Below, in pieces: positions 1 to 7,957 of a stretch of DNA of 32,000 nt. The DNA is from Acaryochloris marina MBIC11017 (GTDB lineage: Bacteria; Cyanobacteriota; Cyanobacteriia; Thermosynechococcales; Thermosynechococcaceae). The stretch's first letter is position 1, and the number at the start of each line of letters is the position of its first letter. A program made the translations under genes and the position numbers. Below the pieces are notes generated by a model. It searched no databases and was not told the origin of the DNA. It worked only from the letters and a program-made list of their open reading frames with translations. The stretch covers positions 6,471,725 to 6,503,724 of the forward strand of contig NC_009925.1 of assembly GCF_000018105.1 (NCBI RefSeq), read 5' to 3'.

Positions 1-744
1 AAATAGCAGGGTTAATGGGGTACTGAGTTTCAAAGATTGGCAGGCATCCAGCAAGTATTCCAAACCTTTCTTGTCCCGGAAACTACCAACAGAGCCAATG
101 ACGGTTCCCTGGAGTTTGTGGGCTAGTGCTGGCTGAGGTAAATTGCTGAAATCCAGGGGTGCGATCGCATTCCAAAATGCCGATGATTTAGCCCGAATAC
201 TAGGAACTAAAGCACGAGCCCGCTGCATTAAATCTCTGCTCACAAAGGTGGTCCAAGCAGAATTTTCTAGAGTCCAAGTTATTTGACCAAACTGCTGGGG
301 ACTAAAGGCATGCTTGTGCAGATCCGCGCCTCGCACGCTGTTAATAACAGGAATTCCGCCCTCTTGTCCTAATAACGTCGTTAGGAACCCCATTTCGTTA
401 ATAAAAAAGGCATGGAGGGCATCAAACTGATATTGCCGCTGCAACAGCTGAAGCAGTCCGTATAGATCGCAGAAATAGTCTTGTTCCTTCGCCTGGGTTG
501 ACCGGACAGCAGGCTGCAAGCGGTGAACAGTCACCCCATCTTGCTGAGTGGTTTGACAGCTAGGGCGTTGGAATTCTCCCGCTGCAGCCTGGGCACGCTG
601 TTCGCGGAATACAGCCCGAAAAACTGCAACATGGACATCAAAACCTAGATCGATCAGCATATGGGCAATGCGTTGAACCGACTCGCCCACACCGCCAATA
701 TCAGGTGGGAATTCCAGAGCAGTGATACAAATCTTGCGTTTCAT
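1..744 (-). CDS. Glycosyltransferase, GT4-like (partial; C-terminal part lies beyond the left edge)
   Basis: A minus-strand ORF runs off position 1. Its ATG is at 742-744, preceded by AGGAGA. My translation begins MKRKICITALEFPPDIGGVGESVQRIAHMLIDLGFDVHV and continues to ...GSVGSFRDKKGLEYLL, which is the typical GT4 N-terminal Rossmann domain and the start of the Glycos_transf_1 domain. It lies 25 bp downstream of the preceding GT gene on the same strand. Confidence 0.8.
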   Translation of the reverse strand, partial: MKRKICITALEFPPDIGGVGESVQRIAHMLIDLGFDVHVAVFRAVFREQRAQAAAGEFQRPSCQTTQQDGVTVHRLQPAVRSTQAKEQDYFCDLYGLLQLLQRQYQFDALHAFFINEMGFLTTLLGQEGGIPVINSVRGADLHKHAFSPQQFGQITWTLENSAWTTFVSRDLMQRARALVPSIRAKSSAFWNAIAPLDFSNLPQPALAHKLQGTVIGSVGSFRDKKGLEYLLDACQSLKLSTPLTLLF

Positions 745-769
745 AATCATGTTCTCCTAACAGGTCTAC

Positions 770-1939
770 TTATCGAGCCAGGGCAACCGTCTGATCACAA
801 AGCTGGCGCAAGCGCTTGGCCGTGTTTTCAGAGCCCTTGAGATTAATGGCATGGGAGGGTTTAGCTGTATGTAAGTGTTGGAGGATGGCATGGGCCAAAG
901 CTGAGGGGGAAAGCTGGTCAGGGGACAACACCTCAACGGCCCCCAGTTGGGCCAGTCGAGAGGCCCGGAGCCATTGCTCATCTGCTTGGTTTGGGGAAGG
1001 GGAAGGCAGGATCAGAGACCGAACCTGAGAACTCAACACATTCATGGTGGTGTTGTATCCTCCCAGGCTGATGGATAAATCGGCCCCATAGAGGTAATCC
1101 ATTAAATTCGGGGTAAATCGTTGTAGGGTGATGTTGGACTGAGAAGAAGTTAAAGTCTTAAGGGAATGGAACTCCGACTCCGACATAAATGGTCCAGCAA
1201 AGGCATAGATCTGGTGAGGAATAGCATGGTGCAGAAGGGGACCCACCTCACCAATAGCCTTTAGCAAAGAATAACCGTATCGCCCGCCCCCCACGCTGGC
1301 CACAATCCGAGGGGACTTTAGAGCCTGTTGCTGTACGAACGAAGTGGCTAGAGATTGAGCCACATACCCGGTGTAAAAGACTTCGCAAGTTAGGGCATGG
1401 GCGGAGGGGAAGCAAGCATCTAGGGATTGGAGATTGCGATCGCAATGGCAAAGCACTAAATCATAGAACTGCTGAATTTGATCTAGAATCCGAGCCTGCT
1501 TTCGAGCCAGTCCCTTTTCACTCATGGATTGGGTCATGATCAGATCTCTGAGACTGCAGACCACTTTGACTTGTGCTGCTTTAGCCCGCTCCAACAAGGG
1601 CAGCAATTCGAACGCCATCTTGTACTTACTAAAGGGGAAGCACTCAGTAATCACACAGTCTGGCTGGAATTGTTCGAATAGGCCAAGAAGTCTTTGTCGA
1701 CGAGCGATCTTTACTGATTCAACTGATTGATTCAGGGCAATCAATTCACCTGCTTCTTCCCTAAGAGCGGGGAGATAGACCACCTCCACACCATCAGGAA
1801 CTTCAAACTGATCAATGGGCTCTCCACCAATCACCAGACAAACCTGAAAGCTTGGAACTAAACTACGAATAATTTCAGTACTGCGGACCAGGTGGCCCAT
1901 TCCCGCTAAATACTGGCAGTAAAATAAGATCTTCTTCAT
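770..1939 (-). CDS. GT-B fold glycosyltransferase, MurG/UDP-glycosyltransferase-like (COG4671-type), paralogue 3 of 3
   Basis: 389-aa ORF. The N-terminus MKKILFYCQYLAGMGHLVRS and the C-terminal GGYNTTMN motif are typical of this predicted glycosyltransferase group. It is collinear with the two upstream paralogues. Confidence 0.75.
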   Translation of the reverse strand: MKKILFYCQYLAGMGHLVRSTEIIRSLVPSFQVCLVIGGEPIDQFEVPDGVEVVYLPALREEAGELIALNQSVESVKIARRQRLLGLFEQFQPDCVITECFPFSKYKMAFELLPLLERAKAAQVKVVCSLRDLIMTQSMSEKGLARKQARILDQIQQFYDLVLCHCDRNLQSLDACFPSAHALTCEVFYTGYVAQSLATSFVQQQALKSPRIVASVGGGRYGYSLLKAIGEVGPLLHHAIPHQIYAFAGPFMSESEFHSLKTLTSSQSNITLQRFTPNLMDYLYGADLSISLGGYNTTMNVLSSQVRSLILPSPSPNQADEQWLRASRLAQLGAVEVLSPDQLSPSALAHAILQHLHTAKPSHAINLKGSENTAKRLRQLCDQTVALAR

Positions 1940-1956
1940 CTGACTTCCTCAGGCGG

Positions 1957-3141
1957 TTAAGCCGCGACAGCGGGATGGTTGTCATAAGCGAGGGAGCGCA
2001 CTCGCTGAGCCGTTTTCTGTACCCCATCCAGATCAAATCGAGTGGATTGAGGTTTGGAATTTAGAACTATTTCTACCCGTTGAGCTAGACGTTCAGGGGC
2101 TACATCAACTTTTTGCAGCATCTGAGCCACCCCAAGCTCGTCTAATCGGCGGACTCGCATCGTTTGTTCTTGGTCGTCGTTGCCTGTAAAGGGCAACATC
2201 AGGGCATTGACCCCTGTGGTCAAAATATTCATCGTGGTGTTGTACCCCGACATGCTGACGGAGAGATCCGCCTGCTCCATATAGGCGAGTAGGTTGGGAG
2301 TATAGCGATGAATATGTAGGTTATGACAGTCTCGGCCTGCCTGTTTTAATTGCCAAAACACTGACTCAGGAATAAAAGGTCCAGCAAACATCTGAATATG
2401 GTGGGGAATGCGCGTTGACAAGTATTCCGCTGCACCAACCATGCCCCTCAGCAACTCATGTCCAAATCGACCACCTCCCACACTGACGAGTATCATGGGA
2501 GCCTGTCGGCTCAAGGCCCATCGATCCACCAATGTCAGTCGATTATTTTCGGGTTGTTGGGCCACATAACCCGTATAGTGAACCTCACAATTGAGATCCT
2601 TAACCCGAGAGAAGCTATCTTCCAGGGGATGTAAGTTGGGGTCTCCATGAATCAGTAATTGATCAAAATATTGATTCATCAATCGACAGATTTTAGCCTC
2701 ATGGCGGGCCTGGTCTTGCTTGGTCACCACAATATCGCGCAGGCTACAGACCACTTTGGTACCACTGGCCTTAGCGGCTTCCATTAAGGGAATAAGTTCA
2801 AAGGAAAACCGCCGTCGACCAAAGGGGAAGAGTTCCATCATCAATACATCGGGCTGAAAAGTTTCTATTTGGTTAAGGAGCAAGTGTTTACGGGTCTCCT
2901 GCACAACCTCCAAACTCAGGGACTGATCTACTGGACGCAGTTCACGGAACTCCGTGTCCGTTTTGATCGCTGGTAAATTGACAACAGTGACGCCATTGGG
3001 GACTTGAAAATTTTGAATCACTTCCCCCCCATTGATAAAGCAAATCTCAAAGTCTTCCACTAGGCCCCGCACAATTTCCATACTGCGGATCAGGTGCCCC
3101 ATACCCAGAATGTGTTGGCAATAAAACATCAATTTTTTCAT
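1957..3141 (-). CDS. GT-B fold glycosyltransferase, MurG/UDP-glycosyltransferase-like (COG4671-type), paralogue 2 of 3
   Basis: 394-aa ORF with MKKLMFYCQHILGMGHLIRS, VVCSLRDI and SGYNTTMN. It is visibly similar along its whole length to 770..1939. The gap to the next gene is 17 bp. Confidence 0.75.
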   Translation of the reverse strand: MKKLMFYCQHILGMGHLIRSMEIVRGLVEDFEICFINGGEVIQNFQVPNGVTVVNLPAIKTDTEFRELRPVDQSLSLEVVQETRKHLLLNQIETFQPDVLMMELFPFGRRRFSFELIPLMEAAKASGTKVVCSLRDIVVTKQDQARHEAKICRLMNQYFDQLLIHGDPNLHPLEDSFSRVKDLNCEVHYTGYVAQQPENNRLTLVDRWALSRQAPMILVSVGGGRFGHELLRGMVGAAEYLSTRIPHHIQMFAGPFIPESVFWQLKQAGRDCHNLHIHRYTPNLLAYMEQADLSVSMSGYNTTMNILTTGVNALMLPFTGNDDQEQTMRVRRLDELGVAQMLQKVDVAPERLAQRVEIVLNSKPQSTRFDLDGVQKTAQRVRSLAYDNHPAVAA

Positions 3142-3183
3142 GACAAATATCCAGAAATTTGAATTACAGAAATGTAGCTGCCC

Positions 3184-4383
3184 TTACGCCAAAGCCGGTT
3201 CTCGATCAGGGGGGCGAAGGAATAGGTTGGATAACTGATTCGCAATATTAGGTAAACCATTGAAATCGAGTTCTAAAGATGGGGCAGCTCGATCCTCTAG
3301 TTGGGCGATGACCGCTTGCATTAAGGATTTCGGCTGTAGATGATTGGGATGAATCGCCCGAATCAATCCGTTGTGCATAAACCGTTCTGCCCGAATCAGC
3401 TGTTCCTGGGAAGGGGTAATTCGAGGAACCACAACTGTACGTTTGTCCAGAGCTAAGATTTCAGTCAAGGTGTTGTATCCTCCCATGGAGACAACAGCAT
3501 CCGCAGCATCTAAATAACCAATTAGATTGTCCGTAAATGCTTGAACTTCGACACCAGAGTATTGCAAGGCTTGTGTTTGGATATCCTGCTGCTGAGATAA
3601 GGGCATCTCTGGACCGCAGAGAATAACACTTCGGACCTTCACCTGATTTGGCAGGTATTTCAATCCTGCGAGGTAAGCTTTCACCAGAGGATAACCATCT
3701 TCTCCTCCACCTGGAGTCACTACCACCAACTTCTCTGAAGGCTTTATCCGCAGGAACCAGCGCAGTTCCATTCGATTAAGCCCCTGAGAAGATTTACGTA
3801 TATAGCCGCAATAATGGACCTTTTTCGCAATCGGTAATGGGAATTGGTACTCTTGAGCAACATCAAATAGCTCAGCCATACCTACCACTAGGACTTGGTC
3901 ATACCAAGATTGGATCGCCTGGTAATATCCCTGTCGTTTCCATTCGCCAATCGTTTTAACAGGACTATCCAGAATATCCCTAAGGAGAAGTACTTTTTGG
4001 GTCTTTGGTTGGTGAGTTTCAAGATGTTCTAGGGTGCTCAGTAATTCTTTCTGAATCCCATAGGGCTTTTTGTCAACAAGCAACACATCTGGTTTAAAGT
4101 GCAGCGCGGCTGAATGAATTAAGTGGGAGCGCCACTTTAGAGTTTCTTCTAACTCTGTTCCCAAGTATTTTGCGAATAAAGTTCCTGACTGTCCTCGATT
4201 AAGGCAAGGAAGTTTGATGTAATCCAAGCCTTTAGGTAGCCGAAAGGCCTGCAGCATCGGTGAACCAGATACCAGTAAAATAGATAGGTCTGTTTGGTCC
4301 TTCAGCAGGTATTCACAGATAGAAAGCATTCTGCGGAGATTGCCAAGACCGAATGCGTCATGAGAGTAAACCATCAGTCTCAT
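3184..4383 (-). CDS. GT-B fold glycosyltransferase, MurG/UDP-glycosyltransferase-like (COG4671-type), paralogue 1 of 3
   Basis: 399-aa ORF with MRLMVYSHDAFGLGNLRRM, LLLRDILD and MGGYNTLTE. It is the most divergent member of the trio and the first gene of the four-gene minus-strand GT operon. Confidence 0.75.
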   Translation of the reverse strand: MRLMVYSHDAFGLGNLRRMLSICEYLLKDQTDLSILLVSGSPMLQAFRLPKGLDYIKLPCLNRGQSGTLFAKYLGTELEETLKWRSHLIHSAALHFKPDVLLVDKKPYGIQKELLSTLEHLETHQPKTQKVLLLRDILDSPVKTIGEWKRQGYYQAIQSWYDQVLVVGMAELFDVAQEYQFPLPIAKKVHYCGYIRKSSQGLNRMELRWFLRIKPSEKLVVVTPGGGEDGYPLVKAYLAGLKYLPNQVKVRSVILCGPEMPLSQQQDIQTQALQYSGVEVQAFTDNLIGYLDAADAVVSMGGYNTLTEILALDKRTVVVPRITPSQEQLIRAERFMHNGLIRAIHPNHLQPKSLMQAVIAQLEDRAAPSLELDFNGLPNIANQLSNLFLRPPDREPALA

Positions 4384-4429
4384 TGAACGGTCCTCAAAGA
4401 ATTAGGTCAGTCGATAAAAGGGAATATAG

Positions 4430-4528
4430 TTAAACTGTTTGAAGCTGACGGTCTGATTTAATCTTTGGCAGGACTGGAGTTAGACGCCCTATTCCTACAT
4501 ATCCAGTACCAATTACACAAACTTTCAT
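4430..4528 (-). pseudogene. Possible 5' remnant of a UDP-glucose/nucleotide-sugar dehydrogenase gene
   Basis: The ATG at 4526-4528 is preceded by AGGAGAGG. It translates to MKVCVIGTGYVG, the classic Rossmann N-terminus of Ugd-type dehydrogenases. The reading then turns into unrelated sequence (IGRLTPVLPKIKSDRQLQTV) and stops after 32 codons. Confidence 0.3.
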
Positions 4529-4590
4529 AAATAATGAACCTCTCCTAACTGCGTTGTTCAGTTATCTACACCCTGACAAGGCGGAGTTAA

Positions 4591-4660
4591 GGTTCAATGA
4601 AACTAATGTGAGAAAGGGTTCATGAGAACAGTTTCATGAGAAAGCTTTCATAGAAAGCGT
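4591..4660. repeat. 14-bp-period tandem repeat carrying TTCATGAGAA (TTCTCATGAA on the minus strand)
   Basis: Clear copies start at 4619 (TTCATGAGAA), 4633 (TTCATGAGAA) and 4647 (TTCATAGAAA). Two degenerate copies lie upstream, near 4593 and 4605. The repeat sits in the promoter region of the minus-strand GT operon, 60-100 bp upstream of the ugd-like remnant ATG. Confidence 0.6.
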
Positions 4661-4731
4661 TTTAAGGGCTGGTTAATATAACAACACCTCAACGTCTCAC
4701 TGTTTTGAAGAACAAGAATAGATTGACAGAT

Positions 4732-5088
4732 TTATGAATCGGCGAGATGTCGCTGAATCGTTTCTATTAATTCAGAGAATTGAAATGGCTTACTGATAAA
4801 ATCTGTAGCTCCAGAAGCCAAAGCCAACTCGTCTTGATCCACAAAAGCAGTAATTACAATAATCGGAACCGTAAATCCCCGTTGACGTAAGGTTTGGAGT
4901 ACGGTCCAACCACTGATAATAGGTAGCCCCAAATCCAACAACACAACATCAAACGCTTCCAGATTGGCTTGGTCCAATGCCTGCTGACCATCAGTCACCA
5001 GTGTCGATTGATAGCCATGCTTGAGTAGTCCCTTTTCTACAAAACGGGCTATGCGCTCTTCATCTTCAACTAGGAGAACCCGCTTCAT
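4732..5088 (-). CDS. Single-domain response regulator (CheY-like receiver)
   Basis: The track ORF 4732..5139 starts on GTG. The ATG at 5086-5088 gives MKRVLLVEDEE, then DVVLLDLGLP (phospho-acceptor Asp context), then KPF. This is a receiver domain only, with no output domain. Confidence 0.85.
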   Translation of the reverse strand: MKRVLLVEDEERIARFVEKGLLKHGYQSTLVTDGQQALDQANLEAFDVVLLDLGLPIISGWTVLQTLRQRGFTVPIIVITAFVDQDELALASGATDFISKPFQFSELIETIQRHLADS

Positions 5089-5185
5089 ATGGAATAGAAG
5101 TGATGCGTCAGTACCAATACTCCCTTTAGGCCGAAGCACTACAAAGTGTATTTATATGAAGCTAGCTCAAACAGCCCTTAAAGAA

Positions 5186-5203
5186 CATGAGAATCTTCTC
5201 ATG
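5186..5203. promoter_or_regulatory. Perfect palindrome CATGAGAA-TC-TTCTCATG between the two response-regulator genes
   Basis: The arms are 8 bp each with a 2-bp spacer, 14 nt downstream of the OmpR-type gene stop. Both arms carry the same octamer found in the 4619-4656 tandem repeats. On the minus strand it is followed by UUCUUUA, so it could instead be a weak terminator or attenuator hairpin. Confidence 0.4.
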
Positions 5204-5216
5204 CAGTAAATTGGAC

Positions 5217-5885
5217 CTAAGTCTTTAACCGATACCCAACCCCACGAACGGTTTCAATAAGTGAGTTGCCGAGCTTCTTGCGCAAATAGCCAACGTAAAC
5301 ATCAACGATATTGGAACCAGGATCATAGTCATATCCCCAGACCCGATCCAAGAGTTGCTGCCGACTGAGGACCTGCCCAGGGTGACGGAAAAATGTTTCT
5401 GCCAGAATAAACTCTCTGGCTGGCAGTTCGATCCATTGATCATCCACTTTGGCCTTACGAGTACGCAGATCTAGCACCACATTATGGGCCGTCATTGTCA
5501 TCGTCTCAGGAGGAGTGCCAATAGACACTGTTCTCAGTCGAACTCTAACCCTTGCCAATAACTCTTCAAACCGGAACGGCTTTGTCATATAGTCGTCCGC
5601 TCCTCCTTCAAGTCCAGAGATTTTATCTTGAATATCATCTCTGGCGGTCAAAATGATGACAGGGAGTACAGAACCTTGACCTCTCAAATCAGCTAAAACT
5701 TCTAGCCCATCTCTTCCGGGTAATCCCAAATCTAGTATCAGTAGCTCAAACCCATCACTTAAAGCGAAGGATAAGGCTTCATGGGCATTTTCTACCGTAG
5801 TCGTAGCGTATCCGTGGCTCTTTAAACCTTTCTCTATAAAGGATGCAATTCTAGGTTCATCCTCTGCGATCAGAATATGTGCCAT
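5217..5885 (-). CDS. OmpR-family response regulator (receiver plus winged-helix DNA-binding domain)
   Basis: The ATG at 5883-5885 gives MAHILIAEDEPRI. Further motifs are LLILDLGLPGRDG and KPF, followed by the C-terminal Trans_reg_C pattern LPAREFILAETFFRHPGQVLSRQQLLDRVWGYDYDPGSNIVDVYVGYLRKKL...TVRGVGYRL. The track ORF extends 8 codons further upstream. Confidence 0.9.
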   Translation of the reverse strand: MAHILIAEDEPRIASFIEKGLKSHGYATTTVENAHEALSFALSDGFELLILDLGLPGRDGLEVLADLRGQGSVLPVIILTARDDIQDKISGLEGGADDYMTKPFRFEELLARVRVRLRTVSIGTPPETMTMTAHNVVLDLRTRKAKVDDQWIELPAREFILAETFFRHPGQVLSRQQLLDRVWGYDYDPGSNIVDVYVGYLRKKLGNSLIETVRGVGYRLKT

Positions 5886-6044
5886 CGATAGTGGGCAGTT
5901 GTTTAACAATGACTACTTCTTAGACGATCATAATCACTGATACAGTTCCTCGACCATAAAGCCTGCTAATTTCTTTTTTCCAATACCTGACAGTTACAAT
6001 TATGAATATCAATAAAGTCTTGAGAAACGATGAGCCAATTGCCA

Positions 6045-6326
6045 TCATCTAAGAATTTCAAATGCTCGAAATTCCCCTAAGGATTCTTCATCAACATCAA
6101 CCTTACTGACCTCTGCCGCAGGAGGTCCTTGTTTAAACCACTCAATTAGTTTATCCACTTGGGTGCGCTCTCCTTCCGCCATAGCTTCAACGCGGCCATC
6201 TGGCAAATTTCGGACCCATCCCACTAGTCCAAGGGACTGAGCTTTAGCTCTTGTACTGTAACGATAACCCACCCCTTGGACCTTTCCTGAAATCACTGCT
6301 TTAAGGCAAATTATATTTGGCATCAT
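6045..6326 (-). CDS. acyP: Acylphosphatase
   Basis: 93-aa ORF with VISGKVQGVGYRYSTRAKAQSLGLVGWVRNLPDGRVEAMAEG, the acylphosphatase signature. Confidence 0.85.
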   Translation of the reverse strand: MMPNIICLKAVISGKVQGVGYRYSTRAKAQSLGLVGWVRNLPDGRVEAMAEGERTQVDKLIEWFKQGPPAAEVSKVDVDEESLGEFRAFEILR

Positions 6327-6961
6327 CGATTAGCAAATCCTTTAGATCACCACCAAAATAAATAATAGAAAAGAGTGGTACCCCATACTCAAAATATTGG
6401 CATCTAGCGATGAATACAGAAAAATAAAAAATAGTTCCAGTAGGAAAATAGTTAATTGATAATTAATATTAATTGTTTAAGGTGATGTAGTCATGGCTCA
6501 GTATTGCTGTAGCCCGTATAATACAATCTAAATCTGCTGAAAACGTCATAATTCGGTGCTTTAACGGCTTAAGTGCTAAAAAAACAATATTTATAGCTTT
6601 TTGGTTCATTTACGCATTGAAATCGGTTGTGAAACAGCTGTCTTTCCCAGATTCTCAAATACTTAATTCCTAGGCAAGGAGCTAACTATCACTATTCCGA
6701 TTATAGGTAGTTGTTGTTTCAGCCGTGTAGCAGAGTTATCTATCTTTCGTTAAGAGATTTTTAATTGAGAATATTTCTAACTAATGAAAGTTGATTAGGG
6801 CTAATAATAAAGTTAATCGCAAAAAAAATGTCTTAACAGCGTAATATCTTTACCAAACACTGACATCTATATAGAAATGTTTACGGGGTTATATTTTTCT
6901 CTAAGAGAAAAAAAGTCAGCGCGGTTTATATAATATTACTCATTGTTGGAATCTACTCTAA

Positions 6962-7771
6962 ATGCAATCTAAAGCATCCGTTCTAGAACAAAATACTCTT
7001 GTGAAAGAACTCCCTCGCATTGATATCATTGGCTCCCGAGTAACGGCAGCTTCTTTTGATGTCCTAAATGAGGTGATTTTAGATTGGGCCAAACAAAGAC
7101 TCAGCAAATGTATTTGTGTTGCCAACACGCATATGTTGGTAGAAGCGCACCGAAGACCCAGTTTTGGCGAAATAGTTCAACAAGCTGATGTCGTGACCCC
7201 CGATGGCATGCCCTTGGTTTGGATGCTGAGAATATTGGGAGCTAAAAACCAAGATAGAGTTGCTGGACTCGATCTTCTACAAGCCCTTTGCCGCAAAGCA
7301 GAGAAGGAAAAAGTTAGCGTCTATTTTTTGGGATCAATGGATCTCATTCTCCAAAAAATGAGAACCCGTTTACTGGTGGAGTATCCTGATTTAGTAATCG
7401 CAGATATGGAGCCTTTACCGTTTAGGCCGCTCACCGTAGAAGAGGATGAAGCTTTAATTCAACGGGTCAATGCTAGTGGGGCTGGCCTTGTAATGATTGC
7501 CCTTGGATGCCCCAAGCAGGAATGTTGGATGGCAGCCCATAAAGACCAAATTAATGCAGTTATGATTGGTTTGGGAGGCGCGTTTCCAGTCTATGCAGGT
7601 ATACATCGCCGAGCAAGCGGCTGGGTCAGGCACATGGGAATGGAGTGGTTCTACCGACTTATCCAAGAACCTAAAAGATTATGGAAACGTTATGCTTCAT
7701 CCATACCTCTATTCATATACCTAGCTATCAAGCAACTATGTTATCGGTTTGCCAGTTTAGCTTTTAAGTAA
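6962..7771 (+). CDS. WecB/TagA/CpsF-family glycosyltransferase (GT26)
   Basis: 269-aa ORF with VVTPDGMPLVWMLRILG, VYFLGS and ALGCPKQECWM, all typical of the WecG/TagA N-acetylmannosaminyl-type transferase family. Confidence 0.85.
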   Translation: MQSKASVLEQNTLVKELPRIDIIGSRVTAASFDVLNEVILDWAKQRLSKCICVANTHMLVEAHRRPSFGEIVQQADVVTPDGMPLVWMLRILGAKNQDRVAGLDLLQALCRKAEKEKVSVYFLGSMDLILQKMRTRLLVEYPDLVIADMEPLPFRPLTVEEDEALIQRVNASGAGLVMIALGCPKQECWMAAHKDQINAVMIGLGGAFPVYAGIHRRASGWVRHMGMEWFYRLIQEPKRLWKRYASSIPLFIYLAIKQLCYRFASLAFK

Positions 7772-7957
7772 TTTGGTGATACCAATTCGTTTTCCCCAAT
7801 CAAAATAATGCTTGATTAGAATGCTATTCAAGTTTGCTTGTCTCTCTTGGCATTGGATAACAGTTTTACTGGCCCTTACCATTGCCTATCACTGAATGCA
7901 GCGCTTCAGTCTCTTAAAACCGGTCTAAGTGAGGTCTTTCTCTTGATCGTCGACCCA

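Noticed and set aside
4591-4660. Whether the tandem repeats here, or those at 25011-25083, could be a CRISPR array
   Set aside because: The units are 14 bp and about 19 bp, are contiguous or irregularly spaced, and have no unique 30-40-bp spacers. No cas genes are present.
5021-5209. 62-aa plus-strand ORF spanning the start of the receiver-only gene and the inter-regulator spacer
   Set aside because: It is antisense to a well-supported response-regulator gene, and its translation is Ser/Arg-rich with no motif.
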